The notes below the pieces were generated by a model. The model did not search any database, was not told the origin of the DNA, and worked only from the letters and a program-made list of their open reading frames with translations. From positions 31,992,001 to 32,056,000 of the forward strand of contig OZ024741.1 of NCBI GenBank assembly GCA_964016885.1: a DNA stretch of 64,000 nucleotides, given 5' to 3'. The stretch is from Eledone cirrhosa. Lineage: Eukaryota. The position numbers and the translations under genes were made by a program. Position 1 is the stretch's first letter. Every line of letters begins with the position of its first letter. Of the stretch, positions 1-17,038 are shown in pieces.

Positions 1-2769
1 CTCACCCTGACACCAACACCAGTATCGTCAAGATACCTCACTCTGACACCAACACCAGTATCGTCAAGATACCTCATCCTGACACCAACACCAGTATCGT
101 CAAGATACCTCACTCTGACACCAACACCAGTATCGTCAAGATACCTCACCCTGACACCAACACCAGTATCGTCAACATACCTCACTCTGACACCAACCCC
201 AGTATCGTCAAGATACCTCACTCTGACACCAACACCAGCATCGTCAAGATACCTCACCCTGACACCAACACCAGTATCGTCAAGATACCTCACCCTGATA
301 CCATCACCAGTATCGTCAAGATACCTCACTCTGACACTAACACCAGTATCGTCAAGATACCTCACTCTGACACCAACACCAGTATCGTCAAGATACCTCA
401 CCCTGACACCAACACCAGTATCGTCAAGATACCTCACTCTGACACCAACACCAGTATCGTCAAGATACCTCACCCTGACACCAACACCAGTATCGTCAAG
501 ATACCTCACTCTGACAACATCACCAATATCGTCAAGATACCTCACTCTGACAACATCACCAATATCGTCAAGATACCTCACTCTGACACCAACCCCAGTA
601 TCGTCAAGATACCTCACTCTGACACCAACACCAGTATCGTCAAGATACCTCACTCTGACACCAACACCAGTATCGTCAGGATACCTCACTCTGACACCAA
701 CACCAGTATCGTCAAGATACCTCACTCTGACACCAACACCAGTATCGTCAAGATACCTCACTCTGACAACATCTGCAGTATCGTCAAGATACCTAACTCT
801 GACACCAACACCAGTATCGTCAAGATACCTCACTCTGACAACATCACCAGTATCGTCAAGATACCTCACTCTGACACCAACACCAGTATCGTCAAGATAC
901 CTCAACCTGACACCAACACCAGTATCGTCAAGATACCTCACTCTGACACCAACACCAGTATCGTCAAGATACCTCACTCTGACAACATCACCAATATCGT
1001 CAAGATACCTCACTCTGACAACATCACCAATATCGTGAAGATACCTCACTCTGACACCAACACCAGTATCGTCAAGATACCTCACTCTGACACCAATACC
1101 AGTATCGTCAAGATACCTCACTCTGACACCAACACCAGTATCGTCAAGATACCTCACTCTGACACCAACACCAGTATCGTCAAGATACCTCACTCTGACA
1201 ACATCACCAGTATCGTCAAGATACCTCACCCTGACACCAACACCAGTATCGTCAAGATAACTCACTCTGACACCAACACCAGTATCGTCAAGATACCTCA
1301 CCCTGACACCAACACCAGTATCGTCAAGATACCTCACTCTGACACCAACACCAGTATCGTCAAGATACCTCACCCTGACACCAACACCAGTATCGTCAGG
1401 ATACCTCACCCTCACACCAACACCAGTATCGTCAGGATACCTCACTCTGACACCAACCCCAGTATCGTCAAGATACATAACTCTGACACCAACACCAGTA
1501 TCGTCAAGATACCTCACTCTGACACCAACCCCAGTATCGTCAAGATACCTCACTCTGACACCAACACCAGTATCGTCAAGATACCTCACTCTGACACCAA
1601 CACCAGTATCGTCAAGATACATAACTCTGACACCAACACCAGTATCGTCAAGATACCTCACTCTGACACCAACACCAGTATCGTCAAGATACCTCACTCT
1701 GACAACATCACCAATATCGTCAAGATACCTCACTCTGACAACATCACCAATATCGTCAAGATACCTCACTCTGACAACATCACCAGTATCGTCAAGATAT
1801 CTCACTCTGACACCAACACCAGTATCGTTAAGATACCTCACTCTGACAACATCACCAGTATGGTCAGGATACCTCACTCTGACACCAACACCAGTATCGT
1901 CAAGATACCTCACTCTGACAACATCACCAGTATCGTCAAGATATCTCACTCTGACACCAACACCAGTATCGTCAAGATACCTCACTCTGACAACATCACC
2001 AGTATCGTCAGGATACCTCACTCTGACACCAACACCAGTATCGTCAAGATACCTCACTCTGACAACATCACCAGTAACGTCAAGATACCTCACTCTGACA
2101 CCAACACCAGTATCGTCAAGATACCTCACCCTGACACCAACACCAGTATCGTCAATATACCTCACTCTGACACCAACCCCAGTATCGTCAAGATACCTCA
2201 CTCTGACACCAACACCAGTATCGTCAAGATACCTCACTCTGACACCAACGCCAGTATCGTCAAGATACCTCACTCTGACACCAACACCAGTATCGTAAAG
2301 ATACCTCGCCCTGACACCAACACCAGTATCGTCAAGATACCTCACCCTGACACCATCACCAGTATCGTCAAGATACCTCACTCTGACACCAACACCAGTA
2401 TCGTCAAGATACCTCACTCTGACACCAACACCAGTATCGTCAAGATACCTCACCCTGACACCAACACCAGTATCGTCAAGATACCTCACTCTGACACCAA
2501 CACCAGTATCGTCAAGATACCTCATCCTGACACCAACACCAGTATCGTCAAGATACCTCACTCTGACACCAACACCAGTATCGTCAAGATACCTCACTCT
2601 GACACCAACACCAGTATCGTCAAGATACCTCACTCTGACAACATCACCAGTATCGTCAAGATACCTCACTCTGACACCAACACCAGTATCGTCAAGATAC
2701 CTCACCCTGACACCAACACCAGTATCGTCAAGATACCTCACTCTGACACCAATACCAGTATCGTCAAGA

Positions 2770-5700
2770 TACCTCACTCTGACACCAACACCAGTATCGT
2801 CAAGATACCTCACTCTGACACCAACACCAGTATCGTCAAGATACCTCACTCTGACAACATCACCAGTATCGTCAAGATACCTCACCCTGAGACCAACACC
2901 AGTATCGTCAAGATAACTCACTCTGACACCAACACCAGTATCGTCAAGATACCTCACCCTGACACCAACACCAGTATCGTCAAGATACCTCACTCTGACA
3001 CCAACACCAGTATCGTCAAGATACCTCACCCTGACACCAACACCAGTATCGTCAGGATACCTCACCCTCACACCAACACCAGTATCGTCAGGATACCTCA
3101 CTCTGACACCAACCCCAGTATCGTCAAGATACATAACTCTGACACCAACACCAGTATCGTCAAGATACCTCACTCTGACACCAACCCCAGTATCGTCAAG
3201 ATACCTCACTCTGACACCAACGCCAGTATCGTCAAGATACCTCACTCTGACACCAACACCAGTATCGTAAAGATACCTCGCCCTGACCCCAACACCAGTA
3301 TCGTCAAGATACCTCACCCTGACACCATCACCAGTATCGTCAAGATACCTCACTCTGACACCAACACCAGTATCGTCAAGATACCTCACTCTGACACCAA
3401 CACCAGTATCGTCAAGATACCTCACCCTGACACCAACACCAGTATCGTCAAGATACCTCACTCTGACACCAACACCAGTATCGTCAAGATACCTCATCCT
3501 GACACCAACACCAGTATCGTCAAGATACCTCACTCTGACACCAACACCAGTATCGTCAAGATACCTCACTCTGACACCAACACCAGTATCGTCAAGATAC
3601 CTCACTCTGACAACATCACCAGTATCGTCAAGATACCTCACTCTGACACCAACACCAGTATCGTCAAGATACCTCACCCTGACACCAACACCAGTATCGT
3701 CAAGATACCTCACTCTGACACCAACACCAGTATCGTCAAGATACCTCACTCTGACAACATCACCAATATCGTCAAGATACCTCACTCTGACAACATCACC
3801 AATATCGTGAAGATACCTCACTCTGACACCAACACCAGTATCGTCAAGATACCTCACTCTGACACCAATACCAGTATCGTCAAGATACCTCACTCTGACA
3901 CCAACACCAGTATCGTCAAGATACCTCACTCTGACACCAACACCAGTATCGTCAAGATACCTCACTCTGACAACATCACCAGTATCGTCAAGATACCTCA
4001 CCCTGACACCAACACCAGTATCGTCAAGATAACTCACTCTGACACCAACACCAGTATCGTCAAGATACCTCACCCTGACACCAACACCAGTATCGTCAAG
4101 ATACCTCACCCTGACACCAACACCAGTATCGTCAGGATACCTCACCCTCACACCAACACCAGTATCGTCAGGATACCTCACTCTGACACCAACCCCAGTA
4201 TCGTCAAGATACATAACTCTGACACCAACACCAGTATCGTCAAGATACCTCACTCTGACACCAACCCCAGTATCGTCAAGATACCTCACTCTGACACCAA
4301 CACCAGTATCGTCAAGATACCTCACTCTGACACCAACACCAGTATCGTCAAGATACATAACTCTGACACCAACACCAGTATCGTCAAGATACCTCACTCT
4401 GACACCAACACCAGTATCGTCAAGATACCTCACTCTGACAACATCACCAATATCGTCAAGATACCTCACTCTGACAACATCACCAATATCGTCAAGATAC
4501 CTCACTCTGACAACATCACCAGTATCGTCAAGATATCTCACTCTGACACCAACACCAGTATCGTTAAGATACCTCACTCTGACAACATCACCAGTATCGT
4601 CAGGATACCTCACTCTGACACCAACACCAGTATCGTCAAGATACCTCACTCTGACAACATCACCAGTATCGTCAAGATATCTCACTCTGACACCAATACC
4701 AGTATCGTCAAGATACCTCACTCTGACAACATCACCAGTATCGTCAGGATACCTCACTCTGACACCAACACCAGTATCGTCAAGATACCTCACTCTGACA
4801 ACATCACCAGTAACGTCAAGATACCTCACTCTGACACCAACACCAGTATCGTCAAGATACCTCACCCTGACACCAACACCAGTATCGTCAAGATACCTCA
4901 CTCTGACACCAACCCCAGTATCGTCAAGATACCTCACTCTGACACCAACACCAGTATCGTCAAGATACCTCACTCTGACACCAACGCCAGTATCGTCAAG
5001 ATACCTCACTCTGACACCAACACCAGTATCGTAAAGATACCTCACCCTGACACCAACACCAGTATCGTCAAGATACCTCACCCTGACACCATCACCAGTA
5101 TCGTCAAGATACCTCACTCTGACACCAACACCAGTATCGTCAAGATACCTCACTCTGACACCAACACCAGTAGCGTCAAGATACCTCACCCTGACACCAA
5201 CACCAGTATCGTCAAGATACCTCACTCTGACACCAACACCAGTATCGTCAAGATACCTCACTCTGACACCAACACCAGTATCGTCAAGATACCTCACTCT
5301 GACAACATCACCAGTATCGTCAAGATACCTCACCCTGAGACCAACACCAGTATCGTCAAGATAACTCACTCTGACACCAACACCAGTATCGTCAAGATAC
5401 CTCACCCTGACACCAACACCAGTATCGTCAAGATACCTCACTCTGACACCAACACCAGTATCGTCAAGATACCTCACCCTGACACCAACACCAGTATCGT
5501 CAGGATACCTCACCCTCACACCAACACCAGTATCGTCAGGATACCTCACTCTGACACCAACCCCAGTATCGTCAAGATACATAACTCTGACACCAACACC
5601 AGTATCGTCAAGATACCTCACTCTGACACCAACCCCAGTATCGTCAAGATACCTCACTCTGACACCAACGCCAGTATCGTCAAGATACCTCACTCTGACA

Positions 5701-7340
5701 CCAACACCAGTATCGTAAAGATACCTCGCCCTGACCCCAACACCAGTATCGTCAAGATACCTCACCCTGACACCATCACCAGTATCGTCAAGATACCTCA
5801 CTCTGACACCAACACCAGTATCGTCAAGATACCTCACTCTGACACCAACACCAGTATCGTCAAGATACCTCACCCTGACACCAACACCAGTATCGTCAAG
5901 ATACCTCACTCTGACACCAACACCAGTATCGTCAAGATACCTCATCCTGACACCAACACCAGTATCGTCAAGATACCTCACTCTGACACCAACACCAGTA
6001 TCGTCAAGATACCTCACTCTGACACCAACACCAGTATCGTCAAGATACCTCACTCTGACAACATCACCAGTATCGTCAAGATACCTCACTCTGACACCAA
6101 CACCAGTATCGTCAAGATACCTCACCCTGACACCAACACCAGTATCGTCAAGATACCTCACTCTGACACCAACACCAGTATCGTCAAGATACCTCACTCT
6201 GACAACATCACCAATATCGTCAAGATACCTCACTCTGACAACATCACCAATATCGTGAAGATACCTCACTCTGACACCAACACCAGTATCGTCAAGATAC
6301 CTCACTCTGACACCAATACCAGTATCGTCAAGATACCTCACTCTGACACCAACACCAGTATCGTCAAGATACCTCACTCTGACACCAACACCAGTATCGT
6401 CAAGATACCTCACTCTGACAACATCACCAGTATCGTCAAGATACCTCACCCTGACACCAACACCAGTATCGTCAAGATAACTCACTCTGACACCAACACC
6501 AGTATCGTCAAGATACCTCACCCTGACACCAACACCAGTATCGTCAAGATACCTCACCCTGACACCAACACCAGTATCGTCAGGATACCTCACCCTCACA
6601 CCAACACCAGTATCGTCAGGATACCTCACTCTGACACCAACCCCAGTATCGTCAAGATACATAACTCTGACACCAACACCAGTATCGTCAAGATACCTCA
6701 CTCTGACACCAACCCCAGTATCGTCAAGATACCTCACTCTGACACCAACACCAGTATCGTCAAGATACCTCACTCTGACACCAACACCAGTATCGTCAAG
6801 ATACATAACTCTGACACCAACACCAGTATCGTCAAGATACCTCACTCTGACACCAACACCAGTATCGTCAAGATACCTCACTCTGACAACATCACCAATA
6901 TCGTCAAGATACCTCACTCTGACAACATCACCAATATCGTCAAGATACCTCACTCTGACAACATCACCAGTATCGTCAAGATATCTCACTCTGACACCAA
7001 CACCAGTATCGTTAAGATACCTCACTCTGACAACATCACCAGTATCGTCAGGATACCTCACTCTGACACCAACACCAGTATCGTCAAGATACCTCACTCT
7101 GACAACATCACCAGTATCGTCAAGATATCTCACTCTGACACCAATACCAGTATCGTCAAGATACCTCACTCTGACAACATCACCAGTATCGTCAGGATAC
7201 CTCACTCTGACACCAACACCAGTATCGTCAAGATACCTCACTCTGACAACATCACCAGTAACGTCAAGATACCTCACTCTGACACCAACACCAGTATCGT
7301 CAAGATACCTCACCCTGACACCAACACCAGTATCGTCAAG
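2770..7340. repeat. Higher-order tandem duplication, period 2,448 bp (68 monomers); ends approximate
   Basis: The rare variant CCCTGAGACC occurs at 2891 and 5339 (difference 2448 = 68x36). The following run of variants (ATAACTC, CCCTCAC, GTAAAG..CGCCCTGACCCC, GTGAAG) recurs in the same order. Confidence 0.85.
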
Positions 7341-9548
7341 ATACCTCACTCTGACACCAACACCAGTATCGTCAAGATACCTCATCCTGACACCAACACC
7401 AGTATCGTCAAGATACCTCACTCTGACACCAACGCCAGTATCGTCAAGATACCTCACCCTGACACCAACACCAGTATCGTCAACATACCTCACTCTGACA
7501 CCAACCCCAGTATCGTCAAGATACCTCAATCTGACACCAACACCAGTATCGTCAAGATACCTCACCCTGACACCAACACCAGTATCGTCAAGATACCTCA
7601 CCCTGACACCATCACCAGTATCGTCAAGATACCTCACTCTGACACCAACACCAGTATCGTCAAGATACCTCACTCTGACACCAACACCAGTATCGTCAAG
7701 ATACCTCACCCTGACACCAACACCAGTATCGTCAAGATACCTCACTCTGACACCAACACCAGTATCGTCAAGATACCTCACCCTGACACCAACACCAGTA
7801 TCGTCAAGATACCTCACTCTGACAACATCACCAATATCGTCAAGATACCTCACTCTGACAACATCACCAATATCGTCAAGATACCTCACTCTGACACCAA
7901 CCCCAGTATCGTCAAGATACCTCACTCTGACACCAACACCAGTATCGTCAAGATACCTCACTCTGACACCAACACCAGTATCGTCAAGATACCTCACTCT
8001 GACACCAACACCAGTATCGTCAAGATACCTCACTCTGACACCAACACCAGTATCGTCAAGATACCTCACTCTGACAACATCTGCAGTATCGTCAAGATAC
8101 CTCACTCTGACACCAACACCAGTATCGTCAAGATACCTCACTCTGACAACATCACCAGTATCGTCAAGATACCTCACTCTGACACCAACACCAGTATCGT
8201 CAAGATACCTCACTCTGACACCAACACCAGTATCGTCAAGATACCTCACTCTGACAACATCACCAGTATCGTCAAGATACCTCACTCTGACACCAACACC
8301 AGTATCGTCAAGATACCTCACTCTGACACCAACCCCAGTATCGTCAAGATACCTCACTCTGACACCAACACCAGTATCGTCAAGATACCTCACCCTGACA
8401 ACAACATCAGTATCGTCAGGACACCTCACTCTGACACCAACACCAGTATCGTCATGATACCTCACTCTGACACCAACACCAGTATCGTCAAGATACCTCA
8501 CTCTGACAACATCACCAGTAACGTCAAGATACCTCACTCTGACACCAACACCAGTATCGTCAAGATACCTCACTCTGACACCAACACCAGTATCGTCAAG
8601 ATACCTCACTCTGACACCAACACCAGTATCGTCAAGATACCTCACTCTGACACCAACACCAGTATCGTCAAGATACCTCACTCTGACACCATCCCCAGTA
8701 TCGTCAAGATACCTCACTCTGACACCAACACCAGTATCGTCAAGATACCTCACTCTGACATCAACACCAGTATCGTCAAGATACCTCACTCTGACACCAA
8801 CACCAGTATCGTCAAGATACCTCACCCTGACACCAACACCAGTATCGTCAAGATACCTCACCCTGACACCAACACCAGTATCGTCAAGATACCTCACTCT
8901 GACACCAACACCAGTATCGACAAGATACCTCACTCTGACAACATCACCAATATCGTCAAGATACCTCACTCTGACAACATCACCAATATCGTCAAGATAC
9001 CTCACTCTGACACCAACACCAGTATCGTCAAGATACCTCACTCTGACACCAACACCAGTATCGTCAAGATACCTCACTCTGACACCAACACCAGTATCGT
9101 CAAGATACCTCACTCTGACACCAACACCAGTATCGTCAAGATACCTCACTCTGACAACATCACCAGTATCGTCAAGATACCTCACCCTGACACCAACACC
9201 AGTATCGTCAAGATACCTCACTCTGACACCAACACCAGTATCGTCAAGATACCTCACCCTGACACCAACACCAGTATCGTCAAGATACCTCACTCTGACA
9301 CCAACACCAGTATCGTCAAGATACCTCACCCTGACACTAACACCAGTATCGTCAGGATACCTCACCCTGACACCAACACCAGTATCGTCAGGATACCTCA
9401 CTCTGACACCAACCCCAGTATCGTCAAGATACATAACTCTGACAACAACACCAGTATCGTCAAGATACCTCACTCTGACACCAACCCCAGTATCGTCATG
9501 ATACCTCACTCTGACACCAACACCAGTATCTTCAACATACCTCACTCT

Positions 9549-9550
9549 GC
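9549..9550. other. 1-bp deletion (CTCTGAC to CTCTGC), 35-bp monomer, copy 1 of 3
   Basis: The sequence reads ctcactctgcaccaacccc. The ORF track switches from the IPHSD frame to the YLTL frame here. Confidence 0.95.
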
Positions 9551-12500
9551 ACCAACCCCAGTATCGTCAAGATACCTCACTCTGACACCAACACCAGTAT
9601 CGTCAAGATACCTCACTCTGACACCAACACCAGTATCGTCAAGATACCTCACTCTGACACCAACACCAGTATCGTCAAGATACCTCACTCTGACACCAAC
9701 ACCAGTATCGTCAAGATACCTCACCCTGACACCAACACCAGTATCGACAAGATACCTCACTCTGACACGAACACCAGTATCGTCAAGATACCTCACCCTG
9801 ACACCAACACCAGTATCGTCAAGATACCTCACTCTGACAACATCACCAATATCGTCAAGATACCTCACTCTGACAACATCACCAATATCGTCAAGATACC
9901 TCACTCTGACACCAACACCAGTATCGTCAAGATACCTCACTCTGACACCAACACCAGTATCGTCAAGATACCTCACCCTGACACCAACACCAGTATCGTC
10001 AAGATACCTCACTCTTACAACAGCACCAATATCGTCAAGATACCTCACTCTGACAACATCACCAATATCGTCAAGATACCTCACTCTGACACCAACCCCA
10101 GTATCGTCAAGATACCTCACTCTGACACCAACACCAGTATCGTCAAGATACCTCACTCTGACACCAACACCAGTATCGTCAAGATACCTCACTCTGACAC
10201 CAACACCAGTATCGTCAAGATACCTCACTCTGACACCAACACCAGTATCGTCAAGATACCTCACCCTGACACCAACACCAGTATCGTCCAGATACCTCAC
10301 CCTGACACCAACACCAGTATCGTCAAGATACCTCACTCTGACACCAACACCAGTATCGTCAAGATACCTCACTCTGACAACATCACCAATATCGTCAAGA
10401 TACCTCACTCTGACAACATCACCAATATCGTCAAGATACCTCACTCTGACACCAACACCAGTATCGTCAAGGTACCTCACTCTGACACCAACACCAGTAT
10501 CGTCAAGATACCTCACTCTGACACCAACACCAGTATCGTCAAGATACCTCACTCTGACACCAACACCAGTATCGTCAACATACCTCACTCTGACAACATC
10601 ACCAGTATCGTCAAGATACCTCACTCTGACACCAACACCAGTATCGTCAAGATACCTCACTCTGACACCAACACCAGTATCGACAAGATACCTCACCCTG
10701 ACACCAACACCAGTATCGTCAAGATACCTCACTCTGACACCAACACCAGTATCGTCAAGATACCTCACCCTGACACCAACACCAGTATCGTCAGGAAACC
10801 TCACCCTGACACCAACAACAGTATCGTCAGGATACCTCACTCTGACAGCAACCCCAGTATCGTCAAGATACATAACTCTGACATCAACACCAGTATCGTC
10901 AAGATACCTCACTCTGACACCAACACCAGTATCGTCAAGATACCTCACCCTGACACCAACACCAGTATCGTCAAGATACCTCACTCTGACACCAACACCA
11001 ATATCGTCAAGATACATCACTCTGACAACATCACCAGTATCGTCAAGATACCTCACCCTGACACCAACACCAGCATCGTCAAGATAACTCACTCTGACAC
11101 CAACACCAGTATCGTCAAGATACCTCACCCTGACACCAACACCAGTATCGTCAAGATACCTCACTCTGACAACATCACCAGTATCGTCAAGATACCTCAC
11201 CCTGACACCAACACCAGTATCGTCAAGATAACTCACTCTGACACCAACACCAGTATCGTCAAGATACCTTACCCTGACACCAACACCAGTATCGTCAAGA
11301 TACCTCACTCTGACACCAACACCAGTATCGTCAAGATACCTCACCCTGACACCAACACCAGTATCGTCAGGATACCTCACCCTCACACCAACACCAGTAT
11401 CGTCAGGATACCTCACTCTGACACCAACCCCAGTATCGTCAAGATACATAACTCTGACACCAACACCAGTATCGTCAAGATACCTCACTCTGACACCAAC
11501 CCCAGTATCGTCAAGATACCTCACTCTGACACCAACACCAGTATCGTCAAGATACCTCACTCTGACACCAACACCAGTATCGTCAAGATACATAACTCTG
11601 ACACCAACACCAGTATCGTCAAGATACCTCACTCTGACACCAACACCAGTATCGTCAAGATACCTCACTCTGACAACATCACCAATATCGTCAAGATACC
11701 TCACTCTGACAACATCACCAATATCGTCAAGATACCTCACTCTGACAACATCACCAGTATCGTCAAGATATCTCACTCTGACACCAATACCAGTATCGTT
11801 AAGATACCTCACTCTGACAACATCACCAGTATGGTCAGGATACCTCACTCTGACACCAACACCAGTATCGTCAAGATACCTCACTCTGACAACATCACCA
11901 GTATCGTCAAGATATCTCACTCTGACACCAACACCAGTATCGTCAAGATACCTCACTCTGACAACATCACCAGTATCGTCAAGATACCTCACTCTGACAC
12001 CAACACCAGTATTGTCAAGATACCTCACTCTGACAACATCACCAGTAACGTCAAGATACCTCACTCTGACACCAACACCAGTATCGTCAAGATACCTCAC
12101 CCTGACACCAACACCAGTATCGTCAAGATACCTCACTCTGACACCAACCCCAGTATCGTCAAGATACCTCACTCTGACACCAACACCAGTATCGTCAAGA
12201 TACCTCACTCTGACACCAACGCCAGTATCGTCAAGATACCTCACTCTGACACCAACACCAGTATCGTAAAGATACCTCGCCCTGACACCAACACCAGTAT
12301 CGTCAAGATACCTCACCCTGACACCATCACCAGTATCGTCAAGATACCTCACTCTGACACCAACACCAGTATCGTCAAGATACCTCACTCTGACACCAAC
12401 ACCAGTATCGTCAAGATACCTCACCCTGACACCAACACCAGTATCGTCAAGATACCTCACTCTGACACCAACACCAGTATCGTCAAGATACCTCATCCTG

Positions 12501-12595
12501 ACACCAACACCAGTATCGTCAAGATACCTCACTCTGACACCAACACCAGTATCGTCAAGATACCTCACTCTGACACCAACACCAGTATCGTCAAG

Positions 12596-12597
12596 AA
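12596..12597. other. 1-bp insertion (AAGATAC to AAGAATAC), single 37-bp monomer
   Basis: The sequence reads tcaagaatac at 12591-12600 and the register shifts back by 1. It is seen only once, so it may be a consensus or sequencing error. Confidence 0.85.
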
Positions 12598-15500
12598 TAC
12601 CTCACTCTGACAACATCACCAGTATCGTCAAGATACCTCACTCTGACACCAACACCAGTATCGTCAAGATACCTCACCCTGACACCAACACCAGTATCGT
12701 CAAGATACCTCACTCTGACACCAACACCAGTATCGTCAAGATACCTCACTCTGACAACATCACCAATATCGTCAAGATACCTCACTCTGACAACATCACC
12801 AATATCGTGAAGATACCTCACTCTGACACCAACACCAGTATCGTCAAGATACCTCACTCTGACACCAATACCAGTATCGTCAAGATACCTCACTCTGACA
12901 CCAACACCAGTATCGTCAAGATACCTCACTCTGACACCAACACCAGTATCGTCAAGATACCTCACTCTGACAACATCACCAGTATCGTCAAGATACCTCA
13001 CACTGACACCAACACCAGTATCGTCAAGATAACTCACTCTGACACCAACACCAGTATCGTCAAGATACCTGACCCTGACACCAACACCAGTATCGTCAAG
13101 ATACCTCACTCTGACACCAACACCAGTATCGTCAAGATACCTCACCCTGACACCAACACCAGTATCGTCAGGATACCTCACCCTCACACCAACACCAGTA
13201 TCGTCAGGATACCTCACTCTGACACCAACCCCAGTATCGTCAAGATACATAACTCTGACACCAACACCAGTATCGTCAAGATACCTCACTCTGACACCAA
13301 CCCCAGTATCGTCAAGATACCTCACTCTGACACCAACGCCAGTATCGTCAAGATACCTCACTCTGACACCAACACCAGTATCGTAAAGATACCTCGCCCT
13401 GACCCCAACACCAGTATCGTCAAGATACCTCACCCTGACACCATCACCAGTATCGTCAAGATACCTCACTCTGACACCAACACCAGTATCGTCAAGATAC
13501 CTCACTCTGACACCAACACCAGTATCGTCAAGATACCTCACCCTGACACCAACACCAGTATCGTCAAGATACCTCACTCTGACACCAATACCAGTATCGT
13601 CAAGATACCTCACTCTGACACCAACACCAGTATCGTCAAGATACCTCACTCTGACACCAACACCAGTATCGTCAAGATACCTCACTCTGACAACATCACC
13701 AGTATCGTCAAGATACCTCACCCTGACACCAACACCAGTATCGTCAGGATACCTCACCCTCACACCAACACCAGTATCGTCAGGATACCTCACTCTGACA
13801 CCAACCCCAGTATCGTCAAGATACATAACTCTGACACCAACACCAGTATCGTCAAGATACCTCACTCTGACACCAACCCCAGTATCGTCAAGATACCTCA
13901 CTCTGACACCAACACCAGTATCGTCAAGATACCTCACTCTGACACCAACACCAGTATCGTCAAGATACATAACTCTGACACCAACACCAGTATCGTCAAG
14001 ATACCTCACTCTGACACCAACACCAGTATCGTCAAGATACCTCACTCTGACAACATCACCAATATCGTCAAGATACCTCACTCTGACAACATCACCAATA
14101 TCGTCAAGATACCTCACTCTGACAACATCACCAGTATCGTCAAGATATCTCACTCTGACACCAACACCAGTATCGTTAAGATACCTCACTCTGACAACAT
14201 CACCAGTATCGTCAGGATACCTCACTCTGACACCAACACCAGTATCGTCAAGATACCTCACTCTGACAACATCACCAGTATCGTCAAGATATCTCACTCT
14301 GACACCAATACCAGTATCGTCAAGATACCTCACTCTGACAACATCACCAGTATCGTCAGGATACCTCACTCTGACACCAACACCAGTATCGTCAAGATAC
14401 CTCACTCTGACAACATCACCAGTAACGTCAAGATACCTCACTCTGACACCAACACCAGTATCGTCAAGATACCTCACCCTGACACCAACACCAGTATCGT
14501 CAAGATACCTCACTCTGACACCAACCCCAGTATCGTCAAGATACCTCACTCTGACACCAACACCAGTATCGTCAAGATACCTCACTCTGACACCAACGCC
14601 AGTATCGTCAAGATACCTCACTCTGGCACCAACACCAGTATCGTAAAGATACCTCACCCTGACACCAACACCAGTATCGTCAAGATACCTCACCCTGACA
14701 CCATCACCAGTATCGTCAAGATACCTCACTCTGACACCAACACCAGTATCGTCAAGATACCTCACTCTGACACCAACACCAGTATCGTCAAGATACCTCA
14801 CCCTGACACCAACACCAGTATCGTCAAGATACCTCACTCTGACACCAACACCAGTATCGTCAAGATACCTCATCCTGACACCAACACCAGTATCGTCAAG
14901 ATACCTCACTCTGACACCAACGCCAGTATCGTCAAGATACCTCACCCTGACACCAACACCAGTATCGTCAACATACCTCACTCTGACACCAACCCCAGTA
15001 TCGTCAAGATACCTCAATCTGACACCAACACCAGTATCGTCAAGATACCTCACCCTGACACCAACACCAGTATCGTCAAGATACCTCACCCTGACACCAT
15101 CACCAGTATCGTCAAGATACCTCACTCTGACACCAACACCAGTATCGTCAAGATACCTCACTCTGACACCAACACCAGTATCGTCAAGATACCTCACCCT
15201 GACACCAACACCAGTATCGTCAAGATACCTCACTCTGACACCAACACCAGTATCGTCAAGATACCTCACCCTGACACCAACACCAGTATCGTCAAGATAC
15301 CTCACTCTGACAACATCACCAATATCGTCAAGATACCTCACTCTGACAACATCACCAATATCGTCAAGATACCTCACTCTGACACCAACCCCAGTATCGT
15401 CAAGATACCTCACTCTGACACCAACACCAGTATCGTCAAGATACCTCACTCTGACACCAACACCAGTATCGTCAAGATACCTCACTCTGACACCAACACC

Positions 15501-17036
15501 AGTATCGTCAAGATACCTCACTCTGACACCAACACCAGTATCGTCAAGATACCTCACTCTGACAACATCTGCAGTATCGTCAAGATACCTCACTCTGACA
15601 CCAACACCAGTATCGTCAAGATACCTCACTCTGACAACATCACCAGTATCGTCAAGATACCTCACTCTGACACCAACACCAGTATCGTCAAGATACCTCA
15701 CTCTGACACCAACACCAGTATCGTCAAGATACCTCACTCTGACAACATCACCAGTATCGTCAAGATACCTCACTCTGACACCAACACCAGTATCGTCAAG
15801 ATACCTCACTCTGACACCAACCCCAGTATCGTCAAGATACCTCACTCTGACACCAACACCAGTATCGTCAAGATACCTCACCCTGACAACAACACCAGTA
15901 TCGTCAGGACACCTCACTCTGACACCAACACCAGTATCGTCATGATACCTCACTCTGACACCAACACCAGTATCGTCAAGATACCTCACTCTGACAACAT
16001 CACCAGTAACGTCAAGATACCTCACTCTGACACCAACACCAGTATCGTCAAGATACCTCACTCTGACACCAACACCAGTATCGTCAAGATACCTCACTCT
16101 GACACCAACACCAGTATCGTCAAGATACCTCACTCTGACACCAACACCAGTATCGTCAAGATACCTCACTCTGACACCATCCCCAGTATCGTCAAGATAC
16201 CTCACTCTGACACCAACACCAGTATCGTCAAGATACCTCACTCTGACATCAACACCAGTATCGTCAAGATACCTCACTCTGACACCAACACCAGTATCGT
16301 CAAGATACCTCACCCTGACACCAACACCAGTATCGTCAAGATACCTCACCCTGACACCAACACCAGTATCGTCAAGATACCTCACTCTGACACCAACACC
16401 AGTATCGACAAGATACCTCACTCTGACAACATCACCAATATCGTCAAGATACCTCACTCTGACAACATCACCAATATCGTCAAGATACCTCACTCTGACA
16501 CCAACACCAGTATCGTCAAGATACCTCACTCTGACACCAACACCAGTATCGTCAAGATACCTCACTCTGACACCAACACCAGTATCGTCAAGATACCTCA
16601 CTCTGACACCAACACCAGTATCGTCAAGATACCTCACTCTGACAACATCACCAGTATCGTCAAGATACCTCACCCTGACACCAACACCAGTATCGTCAAG
16701 ATACCTCACTCTGACACCAACACCAGTATCGTCAAGATACCTCACCCTGACACCAACACCAGTATCGTCAAGATACCTCACTCTGACACCAACACCAGTA
16801 TCGTCAAGATACCTCACCCTGACACTAACACCAGTATCGTCAGGATACCTCACCCTGACACCAACACCAGTATCGTCAGGATACCTCACTCTGACACCAA
16901 CCCCAGTATCGTCAAGATACATAACTCTGACACCAACACCAGTATCGTCAAGATACCTCACTCTGACACCAATCCCAGTATCGTCATGATACCTCACTCT
17001 GACACCAACACCAGTATCTTCAACATACCTCACTCT

Positions 17037-17038
17037 GC
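17037..17038. other. 1-bp deletion monomer, copy 2 of 3
   Basis: cactctgcaccaacccc, preceded by the same GTCATG and CTTCAACATAC variants as at 9549. Confidence 0.95.

Noticed and set aside
9549-12597. Deletion at 9549 and insertion at 12596 as compensating frameshifts preserving a CDS
   Set aside because: On the plus strand the intervening frame has stops (first at 11085-11087). The other two deletion copies are uncompensated, and the insertion is a singleton that may be an error.
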